A stretch of DNA of 64,000 nucleotides, from positions 44,020,001 to 44,084,000 of the forward strand of contig OX597819.1 in the NCBI GenBank assembly GCA_951406725.2. Reading direction: 5' to 3'. Both the position numbers and the translations under genes were made by a program. The DNA comes from Octopus vulgaris (taxonomy: Eukaryota). This document shows, piece by piece, positions 27,494-41,442 of this stretch (position 1 is the first letter of the stretch; each line of letters begins with the position of its first letter). A model generated the notes under the pieces. That model was not told the DNA's origin. It saw only the letters and a list, made by a program, of their open reading frames with translations, and did not search any database.

Positions 27494-27875
27494 GGCGCAG
27501 GAGTGGCTGTGTGGTATGTAGCTCGCTTACCAACCACATGGTTCCGGGTTCAGTCCCACTGCGTGGCACCTTGGGAAAGTGTCTTCTACTATAGCCTCGG
27601 GCCGACCAAAGCCTTGTGAGTGGATTTGGTAGACGGAAACTGAAAGAAGCCCGTCGTATATATGTATGTGAGTGTGTTTGTGTGTCTGTGTTTGTCCCCC
27701 CCCCCCTAACATCGATGCTGGTGTGTTTTCTCACCGTCACTTAGCGGTTCGGCAAGAGAGACCGATAGAATAAGTACTAGGCTTACAAAGAATAAGTCCT
27801 GGGTTCGATTTGCTCGACTAAAGGCGGTGCTCCAGCATGGCCAGCGTCAAATGACTGAAACAAGTAAAAGAAAGT
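27494..27875 (+). mobile_element. SINE family A, full length
   Basis: Starts GGCGCAGGAGTGGCTGTGTGG and ends GACTGAAACAAGTAAAAG. Confidence 0.92.
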
Positions 27876-28171
27876 AATGAATATGATGACAATATGTCGT
27901 ATAACCATATATTTCCGTTATAGTTTAGTTCAAGGCGGCAAGCTTGCAGACAATTAACACGACAGGCAAAAAGTTCTTGTCGGTTTTTCTTTCGACTTTA
28001 CTTTCTAAGTTCAAATATCTCTGAGGTCGACTTTGTCTCTCATTCTTTCTGGGTCTATGAAAGAAGTAGGCACCACTTGAACACTAAGATCGATGAAATC
28101 GATTAGCCCACTTCCCACAAGATTTCAGGCCTTGCGACTATAATAGAAAAAAGTATAATTCAGTTTATTTG

Positions 28172-28393
28172 TTTTATTCTTTTATTTGTTTGTCATTATG
28201 ATGCGGCCATGCTGGGGCACCTCGAAGAATTTTTAGTCAAATGCATCAACCCCAGTACATACTTCTTTTAAAGCCTGGTACTTATTCCATTGGTCTCTCG
28301 CCGAACCGCTAAGTTACGGGTATGTAAACACACCAATACCGGTTGTCAAGCGGTGTGTTGGGGGGACAAACACACACAGATACACCCTCACAC

Positions 28394-28436
<43 letters not shown>

Positions 28437-28592
28437 CGACTGGCTTCTTTCAGTTTCCGACTACTAAATCCACTCACAAGATTTTGGTCGGCGCGAGGCT
28501 ATAATAGAAGACGCTTGCTGAAGGTACCACGCAGTGGGACTGAAACCCGAATTAGGTGACTGGGAAGCAAGCTTCTTACCGCGCAGCTACGT
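28172..28592 (-). mobile_element. SINE family A
   Basis: Reverse-complement match. Confidence 0.85.
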
Positions 28593-28662
28593 AATAATTT
28601 GTTGAGCTTTATTTTTGTTGCAAATCAGCGGTTTTGTATTTATCGATATTGTAGCATGCACG

Positions 28663-28701
<39 letters not shown>

Positions 28702-28784
28702 CAACTTAAAGAAAAATAATAAAAAACATTCTTATCACAATAAATATTTAATAAAAAATGTAATAATTTAGATATATGTATTCT

Positions 28785-28997
28785 TTTCTACTCTAGGCAC
28801 AAAGCCCAAAATTTTGTGGGAGGTGGCCTGTCGATTAGATCGACCTCAGTAAACGACTGGTACTTAATTGATCGACCCCGAAAGGATGACAGGCAAAGTC
28901 GACCTCGGCGGAATTTGAACTCGGAACGTAACGGCAGACGAAATACCGCTAAGCATTTCGCCCAGCGTGCTAACACTTCTGCCAGCTCGCCGCCTTA
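28785..28997 (-). mobile_element. SINE family B with probable target-site duplication
   Basis: Reverse-complement match; agatatatgtattct occurs on both sides (~28770 and ~28998). Confidence 0.9.
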
Positions 28998-29716
28998 AGA
29001 TATATGTATTCTGTGTCATCTAAGGTTTAAACTAAAGACGAAATTTGTTGCACCTAAACCGAAATTCAACTGGAATAATTTCACATACATTATGTAACAT
29101 AAGAAATACTTTTTTCGTGTATCAATGGCTACACAGCTTGTTCTATATGACTGTGTTACAGGAAAAATAAGCAAACATTTCCCCCACTTTCATTCATCAA
29201 GTTTCTTAGCCAGTAAGGAAGTGAAATATTAATGGACGCAAAAATTGTATCAGGTTTCCTTCCCTCGGTAGAAAAGATGTCTACTTCGGCGAAAGGATGG
29301 AGAGATTAATGTGAATTTTGACCTTCATATTCTCTCAAAGGCATTAACGTTGAAACTGAACCGAAGCACTTGCAGTCTGAAATGGAAGTTAGCTCATTGG
29401 ATACGTTCATTTTGCTGAGCGATGTTAGCGCTTTTCTAAATATAATTCAAAAGGATAATATTTTGCAGACAGATGTACTCTGCAGATTCCTAAACTCACC
29501 ACTTCCGTTTTGAGATCACTTCAAACGTTTCCTCCCCCGACATCCGTTTGTTGATAGATACGAGATTTGTCATGTCTTACATAGGTAGGTTCAGTGGATA
29601 AGAAGACCTTGTGAAATAGATGTGTAATTGTTACTTCCTATCACGAGTGCATGAATACGAAATGGTACACAGCAATGAATAGAGTTAAACTGATATATGA
29701 TGCTATAGAAATCATT

Positions 29717-30583
29717 CTTTCAACTGGAAGCACAAGGACTCAAATTTGGAAGAAAGGATTAAGTCGATTACATCGATTCCAGTGCACAACTGGCACATAA
29801 TTTATCGACCCCGAAAGGATGAAAAGCAAAGTCGACCTCGGCGGAATTTGAATTCAGAACATAGCGACGGGCGAAATACTGCTAAGCATTTCGTCCAGCG
29901 TGCTAACAATTCTGCCAGCTCGCCGCCTCTGATGCTATAGAAATAATACTTTCTATTAGAAGTACAAGACCTGAAATTTTGCGGGAGGGGGTTAGTCGAT
30001 GACATCAACTCCAGTACTCAATTAATACTTATTTCATCGACCACGAAAAGACGAAAGGCAAAGTCAATCTCTAGAATTGAACTCGGATTTGAACTATGAG
30101 GCTATAGAAGTAATAGAGATAGATTTAATATTGATTTCAAATTTTGGCACAAGCCAGTAAATTCGGTGGGCGGGGTGAAGTGGAGGTGATAAGTCGATTA
30201 CATCGACTCCAGGGCTCAACTGATACTTATTTTATCGATCACGAAAGGATGAAAGACAAAGTGAACCTCAGTGGAATTTGAACTGAAGCCGTAAAGACGG
30301 ACGAAATGCCACTAAGCATTTTGCCCGGCGTGCTATCGATTCTGACAGGTCACCGCCTTAATGGTAAATTTAACGTTCGTTTCAAATTTTGGCACAAGGC
30401 CAGCAATTTCATGAGTGGGGATAAGTCAATTACATCGACCCCAGTGCTTAATCGGTATTTATTTTATCGACCCTGAAAGGGTGAAAAGCAAAGGCGACTT
30501 CGGCAGAATTTGAACTCAGAACGAAAAGACAGACGAAATGCATTTTGCCCGTCGTGCTAACGATTCTGCCAACTCGCTGCCTT
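29717..30583 (-). mobile_element. Head-to-tail array of four family B SINE copies
   Basis: Units at ~29717-29927, 29948-30090 (partial), 30133-30359 and 30378-30583. Confidence 0.88.
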
Positions 30584-31474
30584 AGTAGTAGATTTAATAT
30601 TGGTGGTAGACATAATCGGTCGTTATGTTTAACACCAGCTTTCTAGTCCTTGCGTGTCTATAGCTAAATCCGCTCTTTTGCAAGCAGTTAGTTATCATGT
30701 CCAGTTTGAGGATACCTTCCTCCGGTACTTCCAAACAGTGTTGGCGATCCTGCGAAAGATCATGAGCAATGCTTTCCTCTAAGCTAACCCATAAAAAAAG
30801 CAAACAAGACAAAAAAAAAATGTATTTGAGGAAGACAGAAAAATATTAATGATTGAGTGTCGGATGACTTGTTTTTGCGTTCTAATTGCACCTGAATTGA
30901 CTTTCATCCTTCAAAGATCAATGAAATAAGTACTGGTCAAATACTTTGATCGATAAAGCCGAAACAGATACAGAAAGGGTGATTAGGCAATCAACCTGAA
31001 AAGTTACACGAACTAGTAATAATTATGGTTACCCTAAAAGATTTAAGCACCGAGTACTTCATGATTTTGAATTTCAAACTTAGCAAAAGACTCATGTTAG
31101 CGTGAAAAGGTGTTCCAGGATATCCGAGGAGACAGGATTTCGTTTCTGTTAATCATAAGTCATGTGGGTGCATCTAATATCACGACACCGCGTTAAGCTT
31201 GTACCGAGAAGCATAGAACAAGTCACTTATTAAAGTTATCCATTCAGATTAGAGCCAGTACTGAAAGTGACGGCGTTGCGTATACGAATACGTCTATGTA
31301 AAAAATGCGATCGAATATAGAAAAGTCAGTAATGGGTGTACATGCATATTTCAGGAGTTCTTACTTCTTCTTCAGTACCAGATCCCTCCCATTAACCATC
31401 CACGAACATATTGCTTAAATAACTACCAAATACAGCAGTGTAACATAATTAGATATACCAACTTCACATATTAA

Positions 31475-31676
31475 CCCATTAATGCATAGCGTCTAGAAAA
31501 GTTGGCTGTGTTTTTAAGTAGCTTGCTTACCAACCACATGGTTCCGGGTTCAGTCCGACTGCGTGGCACCTTGGGCAAGTGTCTTCTACTGTAGCCCCGG
31601 GCCGACTAAAGCCTTGTGAGTGGATTTGGTAGACGGAAACTTAATGAAGCCCATCGTATATATGTATATATATATG

Positions 31677-31740
<64 letters not shown>

Positions 31741-32108
31741 TCCCCCAACATCGCTTGACAACCGATGGTGGTGTGTTTACGTCCTCGTAACTTAGCGGTT
31801 CGGCAAAAGAGACCGATAGGATAAGTACTAGGCTTACAAAGAATAAATCCTGGGGTCGATTTGCTCGACTAAATGCGGTGCTCCAGTATGGCTGCAGTCA
31901 AATGACTGAAACAATTAAAAGAGTAAAAGAGTAATTGCTTGTTAAGTAAACTATTTATTGAGCTTATTTTTGGCTTAATCTCCCTCTAATTTAGTGCTCT
32001 ATGAGTGAGCAGGTGCTGCGTACAAAACAAAACAACTATACGCACGTGCGAAACAAGTAACGGTAATTTTTTCTGCCTCCATTTTTCTGGACGCTATGCA
32101 TTAATGGG
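31475..32108. mobile_element. piggyBac-like MITE with a nested family A SINE (31501-31933)
   Basis: TTAA at 31471-74 and 32109-12; TIR CCCATTAATGCATAGCGTC(T/C)AGAAAA with one mismatch. Confidence 0.9.
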
Positions 32109-32867
32109 TTAACCACATTCCTGGCAACTAGTGTGTACATATTAATTGCTATTAGGGAGACCGTATTTCGTTATCCAACCATAAAGGTTATAAGTCAATA
32201 TTGTATTGTACCTGTGTTAGTAGTGGGATTCATTCAGTTTTTAAAGTTATCTCTCCAGATTTTCTATAGAGATTACGAGCAGCATTGAAAGTCACGACGT
32301 TTCGTACACAAAAATGTCCCAGTAAACAATGCAAGATGGAAAATTCGGTAATTGGTGTACATACATATTTCGGGAGTTATTGCTCCTTCTCAGTACCACA
32401 TCCAAGTCATGAAGCATCCACGAGTACATGACTTAAATTAGCCACTAAATTTAGCTGTTTAACACAATTGGATATACCAATTTTACATATTAAACACATT
32501 CTTGGCAACTGGTAATAAATTATTGAATCGCACTGCTAACACAGTTGGGACACAGTGCTGACTAATAAAGCCTTTAATATACCTGGTGGTATATTATTGT
32601 AGCATAACGAAATACGGTGTTCCTACCAGTGATTAACATAAAACAAATCTTTTCAATGGGATGCATTTCAGACGCTCTTGAACTGGAATCTCCATGAAAC
32701 ACTCGACCTATGATTAGAAAAGTGTTGATTATAATGTTTTTGTTGCTGATGCTATTGTTGTTGCTGTTGTGTTCTTGTCTTGTTGCTATTGTTTAGCCAT
32801 CTGATTGATTGAAGGCAATCTTATTCTCTGCTTAGCCTAGCCACCGTTTATTCTATCAGTGCGTATA

Positions 32868-33105
32868 CAGTAATCCCTCGACTATAGCGGGTGTTACGTT
32901 CCGAAACTTCCCACGGAAATAATTAAAATCTAAAAAAAATATAAATACCTGTCGGCCGCAGAAATACGCGATATACTGAGGAGTCTGCAATATAAACTCA
33001 CATATATTAGCCAGAAAAATCCGCAATGTACTGAGTGCGCAAGAAATGAACCGCGATGTAACTGAGTGCGTGATAGGAGAACAGCGATATGGCGAGCGAT
33101 TACTG
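32868..33105. mobile_element. pogo/Tigger-like MITE
   Basis: TA-flanked; termini CAGTAATCCCTCG... and ...CGAGCGATTACTG; internal repeats of CGCGAT(A/G)TACTGAG type. Confidence 0.8.
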
Positions 33106-33125
33106 TATACGTTTCTCTGTTCCGC

Positions 33126-33525
<400 letters not shown>

Positions 33526-34190
33526 AATAAATCTGTCTATCTCTCTTTTAATCTGTCTGTCTGCGTCTATCTGTGTGTCTGTAGGTCTATGTGTCTGTCC
33601 ATCGGTGAGTATGTCGTCAGTTCGTCCATCTTCGCTTTTTTTCTTCTTCTGTTTTCTTCTTCTGACATCTGTCTATTTATCCAACTCGACTGATTATCCA
33701 TTTATCCGCCCTGTTTATCTAGTTTATCAGTCTGTCTCGATATCCGTCCGCATACCTACCTAACTACAAACCTGTGGTAAATAACACTACCCATTACCCA
33801 CCTACAAACACCGTCACCAATAACAGTAGTATAGTAAAGAACTGTACTAAATTCGTCTCCGGTGTATGATATCAGGATATGAACGAAGTCGATAGATCAA
33901 AGAATTCACAACCATTCCATTAGAGACTATGATTGGCACCAATTATAGGACTTGCTGTCTAATGCGGACAGCCGCACCACAATTTTCCTCACAAATTCCT
34001 CATAGAAACAAAAGACTTTTACATACAGCTCTGATATTAAATCTATTATAAAAATTAGAGGTACGAAACAGAGGAGATGGTGGTGGATGTGGAGGTTGTC
34101 ATTGTGGTGATCGTGGTGTTCGTAGTGGTGGAGGCGTCGAAATGATAGCGGTGGGGATGGTTGTAGTGGTTGTGGTGGCGACGATCATGC

Positions 34191-34224
<34 letters not shown>

Positions 34225-34413
34225 ATTGTCGTCGAATGATTATTGACTTATTGAACAGTAAGTACAAAATAGTATTTGAACGGAACTACACCGCATCCTA
34301 TCTGCCGCACATCAACCATTCTACACCACGCTATCCCACAACACATCCTCAACACCACTCCTAGGCCATCACCGTTTATTATTATTATTATTATTATTGT
34401 TCTTCTTCTTCTT

Positions 34414-34493
<80 letters not shown>

Positions 34494-34540
34494 TATCATT
34501 ATTATTATTATCATTATTATTATCATTAATATTATTATTA

Positions 34541-34583
<43 letters not shown>

Positions 34584-34638
34584 CCCCACTTCTAACACAT
34601 GCACAGAAGCACATTATATACCTACACACACAAACACA

Positions 34639-34705
<67 letters not shown>

Positions 34706-35142
34706 ACACACACAGACACACGTTATTCATATTCGTAATTCGTCTTGACTGTGCCTCGAAGCCTCACAATGAGAACTGCTTCTGCAACTAACACCTCCAC
34801 CCACGCACGAACAGTAGCAGCACCACCACCGAGACAACCACCAACACCACCACAACCACCGAGACAACCACCACCACCACCACCACCACCACCACCACTA
34901 TCATAGCGTCCACTATTATGATGTCTATTTTTACCATCACACATCACCACCAAAACCGCAAACACCACCACACGTGCCAGCACCGCCACAGTCATCGTCA
35001 TCATCATTATCATCATCAACAACAAGAACAAGAACAACAACAACTGTGACAAGAAGCGCACCAACAAACAATTCTTGTGTCACCATTGATTGGTGCATGT
35101 GTGTATATGAAAATGTTGTCATCAATGATTCGTTTGTGTGTA

Positions 35143-35248
<106 letters not shown>

Positions 35249-35473
35249 CTTCACTCATTTGTATGATTAGTATAGTTCTTTGCATATAGCCACACACACA
35301 CACACACACACGCACACACACACTCACATACACACACATACACACACACTCACACGCACACACATACGTACACACACAAAACGCATTCACGAACGCACAG
35401 ACGCGTAAATTACATTGCACATATACGCACATACACATGTATGTGCGTAAATATGTGTTTGTGTATGTGCACG

Positions 35474-35504
<31 letters not shown>

Positions 35505-35706
35505 TTCTGTGCATATATACATATACATACATGCATACATAAATTCATACATACATACAAACATACATAAATTCATACATACATACATACATACATATAT
35601 ACATACATACATACATTCATACATGCATACATACATATATATTCATACACCACGTAATGCCTATATGTAACTGTTATCCAACATAATTATTATTATTATT
35701 ATTATG

Positions 35707-35739
<33 letters not shown>

Positions 35740-36818
35740 TTATTTTTATTTTTATTTCGTTTATACATCGGCATTCTTTTCTTTTCATTTTCTCTATTTT
35801 ATTATCTTTTGCTTTCGTATATATTTTTTCTTTTTTTTCTTTTTCTCATCTCTTTTATCATTATATTTTATTGTTATTTTATTTGGTTCTTTATATAACT
35901 TGTTTTTATTGTTTGTTTAACTTTCTTCTTTTATTCTCGCACTAAATTAGTGTCTTGGACACTGGCTGCTGTCTTTTATTGTTACTATATTGGTCAGCAC
36001 CAATGATTACTCTTCACTACTTCTGCTGATGGTGATGATGATGACGGTGATGACGATGATAATTAACGATGACGACGATGGCGATGTTGATGATAATGAT
36101 AGTGATGGTGGAGGAGTGGTTGTGGTGGTGGTGATGATGATAAAAATGGTGCTTCATGATAACGATGAGGATGATGATGATGATAAAGATGATGATGGTG
36201 ATGGTGATGATGATGTTGATGATGGTGGTGGTGGTTTTGGTAGTGGTGGGAATGCTGATGCTGCAATATACTGAATAATGTCTTAGAAGCTCAGCTAGCG
36301 CCACCTGCATTCGCAACATTGTTACTAACAACACTATCAACAACCATTACTACTACCACTATCATTCTAAAGCAACTGTCACCACCACCACCACCACCAC
36401 CACCACCACCACCACCACCACCACCACTACCACCACTATCACTACCATCATCATACCGTCACCATCATCACCACCAGCGCCATCACCTCCGTCGCTACTG
36501 CCACACCCAATACCTTCAGCTCCCACAATATTGTATCTCTGGTACCACCAGCACCACAGCTACCAAAGACAGCCGAAACACTTCATCTCGAAAAACCATC
36601 ATTTCAACCATGAGCATCGTCCAGCATCAGTACCAACCCCACACATCACCTCCAGCAACACCATCTCTACCACCTCTTCTATCACCATAACCTGACGACT
36701 GCAAGAATTTATCCCCCAGTTCGTTCTCTCCTCGATCCCACACCACAAACTCCACCCTTCATTAATATAACCCTTGTTACATTTCTTTATCGTTATGGAT
36801 AGATATTACATGTGCGTT

Positions 36819-36876
<58 letters not shown>

Positions 36877-37085
36877 TTTTTCAGTCTTAACTTCAGTTTG
36901 AACAATCAACAGAACTTTTTAGCTACAGACTTGGTCTGAAGTTCTCCCCACCACTTCTCTCTCTCCCCTTGTATATATACGCACACACACACATGTGTGT
37001 GTATGTATGTATATATAAATATATATACATATATACATGTATATGTGTGAGTTTGTATACATATATATACATATATATATGTGTA

Positions 37086-37186
<101 letters not shown>

Positions 37187-37782
37187 CACACATCTTCCTA
37201 TGCACACTTATTCAAAGAGGTAAATTCGCACGCACCCATACACACACACACAAACGTGCGCGCGCGCACACCATATCCTTAACCAACACAACGGCTCCTC
37301 AGAGATGAAGCACGGGCCCTCTAGCTAGTTATCAAATAATAGTTATTTCATTAGTGACTCGTGCAACATGGGCTGTTCTAATAAATACTCAACGCCCCCC
37401 GTCTCTCACCCCATTCCATTCCTTATTTAAATATGGAAATATGGTTGGGCCAAAGTATAATGACATATTTCCTAAAGCGGAATCGCATTCTTTCATGTTT
37501 TGAAATCATGGGGTTGAACATTTATCTCTTCCAAATCAGTTAAACAATCGGTATCGCCAGAAACGCTGAAGAGTCGAGGCCAACGTCGGAGTTTCAATGT
37601 CGGCATTCAGCCAGATAGAAAAAGCAGTTAAATTTATTGATCTTTAATCATGTTCTCGCTGTCTTGAAAAGAAAACAAACTTCCTGCATATATACATTAG
37701 ATAATGTAGTCAGTTAGAGGCAAATTATGTGAGAAAAAATTAACAGGGTGGTCACGGGTGAAACGTTTCTGGTCATAGGCCT

Positions 37783-38413
37783 GGATTTCGTCTAAAAGAC
37801 ACGTTCTCAATATTTTAACTTTCTCCCTCCTCACCCCTATTTCTTCATTTTTTTACTCTTCCAAATTTTTTTCTTGGTAATTCACGGAGAAAATAACAGA
37901 GAGTACGAATCTATGAATTCTCTTCTCTTCCATTTTTCTTAAAGAAACACCAAAATCTCATTCCCAAACATCTTCCCATCACCTCACAACTTTCAAAAGG
38001 CTACAAACTCCCAATGTTTCGCTTTTAGCTTTTTGGAAAGCAGGGAAGTTTCTTCAGAAATAATGTCATTTACCTGTTGTTTCTAGCATGTCGGGTTTTC
38101 TGGTGGCGTCTGGTATGTTTTACATCTGCTATTTCAGTACAGTTCTACTCATGGGTGAAACATGAGACGAAAGTGAAACATTGGCAGGTTTTAGCTTTCT
38201 GAAAACGGGTATGTGATGGGTGGGCGAGGTGGGGGATTGAGTGTTTCTTTAAGTAAAATTAAACTTTAAAAAATATATATATTTCCCAGATTCATAATCT
38301 CTGTATTTTTCTACGTGGATTAAAAAAAAAATCGAAGAATGTTACAAATTAAGAAATTGCAGTGGAGACGGGGGAAAATTAAAATTTTGAAAACGTGATT
38401 TCTGGGCAAAATC
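37783..38413. repeat. Old long inverted repeat (arms ~245 bp, spacer ~135 bp)
   Basis: 37783-38030 aligns to the reverse complement of 38165-38413, with shared blocks cacgtt.tcaa.attttaa, cttaaagaaacac and ccaatgtttc.cttt. Confidence 0.75.
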
Positions 38414-38666
38414 GTTTTAACCCCCTTTTATACGTTGAAACAATGAATAGTTTGTGATCCTACTGAAGAACAGAAAACACTTTCATACAAACACATGCAA
38501 ATTGTAACCTTCTCCACTTCACCTTTAAACAAACAATAACTTCCATTACACTAGTAATCCAGTTCACTATACATCAGCTGTGCTGATTCTGCCCATAAGA
38601 AAGGAACAAATAATACAATGTAGCTGTTGGTCATAACACCCGGGAAACACCGGGATGCACTGTTAG

Positions 38667-38724
<58 letters not shown>

Positions 38725-39351
38725 TACACGCATACACATATATGTATGTATGCATTTGTATGTCTGTGTTTGTCCCCACCACCATCGTTTGACAACCGAT
38801 GTTGGTGTATCTACGTCCCCGTAACTCAGCATTTCGGCAAAAGAGACCGATAGGGTAAGTACTAGGCTTTCAAACTTTTAAGTCCTGGCGTCGATTTGTT
38901 CGACTAAAGACAGTGCCCCAGCATGGCCGCAGTCAAATGACTGAAACAAGGAAAAGAGTAAAAGAAAAAAATGTATATCTGGTTGAGTAAAAAGTTAGCA
39001 ACGTTTTGAACCATGAAGAATTTGTACCGGATTTTTGCAGAGTTTTGGATCTCTTTTGCAATTGTCCGATTATACAGACATAGACTTGCCCAGATGTTTC
39101 AATAAATTAACAATAATATTTTTTTCGCCGTTGTTACAATCATCTGACGAGTTAATCATTGTTTGATCCCTGTTAGACGTAAGTCACATCGTTATTAATT
39201 ATTGAAGGTCTCCCGCAAAGGTAAATCTATTGTTTAACATCACTGTTGGAGTTTTGAATTGCTAGTTGCTGTTTTTTTTTTGCTGTGTTTTTATTATTGT
39301 TTTCTTCCTCATTTATGGGTAAAGTAGTGTAAAAAAAGGAAGGATGGAAGG

Positions 39352-39970
39352 ATGAGAGCCGGCAGCTATGCTGCAGCCACGGGAAGAAGTTTAACTTGCA
39401 GACGTACTACAGGTTCGAGAGGTGAAGATGGAGAAAAAGAAGCTAAAGGAATTTAACAGACTGGTTGAGAAGGAGGGAACCAGTTTGAGGTTGACCCCTG
39501 CCACAAGAAATGACAACGAGCGTAACTAAGTGGACAGTAGTATATAGAACGCTGTCCACGGCAATGAAAAGCCATAGAATAGTGTTTGAAAGAGGTAAAG
39601 AACTTCACAACATTCTATACCAGAAGAAAAACGTACGGCACAGTGGAGGTTAGGTTCGCTAGCGAGCAAAACGCGATAAACCACTTCACTGTGGCGCTAA
39701 GGACACCATAGTGGGTACTTCTGACGACTTACTGTGGCAGACGAATGGCCAGGGTAAGAATATGCAGGGTACCCCCGGAGATTGAGGAGGCGTGGCTGGT
39801 GCCAGCCATTATGCACAACATGGAAGAGGAAGCGAGAGTTTTAAATGTAACGAGAACGAAAGAGGTAAACTGCTGGGGATACGGCCTCGAGGAGGTGGTC
39901 CAGCTAACTTTGCACGACTTGCACAAAATAACGGAGGAGGTGATACTGCCGGAAGAAGTAAAACGGAGAG
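39352..39970 (+). pseudogene. Decayed ORF1 (gag-like) of an L1/Tx1-type LINE
   Basis: MRAGSYAAATG start; GTVEVRFASEQNA...YCGRRMARVRICRVPPEIEEAWLVPAI resembles the RRM-like region of Tx1/L1 ORF1; stops and frameshifts present. Confidence 0.55.
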
Positions 39971-39989
39971 AGAGAAAAAATGTGCAGGA

Positions 39990-40228
39990 ATTAACGATTC
40001 AACTTGATGAAATGGCCGATGCAGCTGAAAATTTCTCTTTGTCTATGATAGATCACTAGCCACTACACATTCTTTATTTTCTCTCCTTGTTTCTTTCTGT
40101 GTTCCTTTTTGTGGAAGAGCGTAGGCTCGAAACGTTCAAGACTTTTTCACTTCCCGGGTGTTAAACTAATACATCTGTTTGTTGTCAATACCACCTGTCT
40201 TCGTCTTTTTTTTTGTGAATTCTCCCTA
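39990..40228 (+). mobile_element. Penelope-like terminal repeat with degenerate hammerhead motif (40105-40141)
   Basis: TTGTGGA-A-GAGC-gtag-GCTC-GAAACGTTC-AAG. The 3' part recurs inverted at 58040-58115 and abuts (TA)n. Confidence 0.5.
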
Positions 40229-40726
40229 TATATACAGGCTGGGCGGCCTTTTCGTTCCAGCAGTCGTTGAAGCAACACGTTTTTGTTTGTCTCCCGCGGC
40301 CATAAGGCACAACTCCATAAGCCAACCCCAACTCAACTCGTCCTGTCGAAAGACCCTTGTCCTACGTCCTGGTTTTTGTTTTTTATCCTTACCGTTATTG
40401 TTTTTACGTTTTTGTATTCTTATTCGTGCTTTCCTTATTGTTTTCACGTATTTCTGTATTTTTATTCGTGTACATCGTTCGTTTTCCGTCCTTGTGTTGT
40501 ATACATTTGAAGCTTTCTTCCAAGGGATCTAATGCGCTTGACTTAGATTTCCCTTGGGGGCTGCCCAGGTCGGAGCAATCTCAAGATTAATCAGCCGAAA
40601 TTGCGAAGATGATCTGGTTCTTGACTGATCACTGAGGGCTTCGAATGTCCCGTCCTGTGGTTCTTGTGTCGTCTCCTAGGTGTCTCACGTTCTTGTCCCA
40701 GTTTGTATATATTTTTTACATTTTAC

Positions 40727-40816
<90 letters not shown>

Positions 40817-41383
40817 AGAGAAAGAAATGTATCTGAATTTTCAAAGCAATGATAAGTACACAAAAGCAAATATAAACAAGGTGGAACATAGAAAATATTA
40901 AAACAAGAATACGAAATCATAGGAAATGTAAAGTGACGTGAAGTATGACAGTGGGAAGATGGGCTTGTATCTCGGCTAGGGCGGGGTAGAAGTAGAAGTA
41001 GCAGTAGCTGTAGTAGTAGTGCCGGTGGTGGTACTAGTAGTTGTGATTGTTGTTGTTGTGATAGTGGTGGTTGTAGTAGTAGTAGTTGTTGTTGTTCTTG
41101 TGGTAGTGGTAATGGTAATGGCGATCATAGTAACCGCATCGTTATTTGTGATGTTAGCAGCATTGCTATTAGTGCCAGTAGAGGCTTATGTGGTAGTGGC
41201 GGTAGTAGAAGCAGTAGCTGCACTTAGTGGTGGTAGTAAAAGTACTGGTATTAGAATAAATTGGTGGTAGTGTGGACGGCATGGTGGTGATAGTAATAGT
41301 AGTAGTAGTAGTAGTAGTAGCAGCAGCAGCAGTAGTGGCTGTGCAGTGGTAGTAGTAGCAGTAGTAGAAGCAATAGCAGCAGC

Positions 41384-41442
<59 letters not shown>

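Noticed and set aside
27494-27570. tRNA-like sequences at SINE 5' ends (also ~53165 and ~54985-55055)
   Set aside because: They continue into SINE bodies and lack a complete cloverleaf, so they are not tRNA genes.
29469-29584. AG...GTAGGT-bounded segment resembling an exon
   Set aside because: Stops occur in all three plus-strand frames.
29717-30583. Repeat-spacer-like periodicity suggestive of CRISPR
   Set aside because: Units are ~200-bp SINE copies in a eukaryotic context, with no cas genes.
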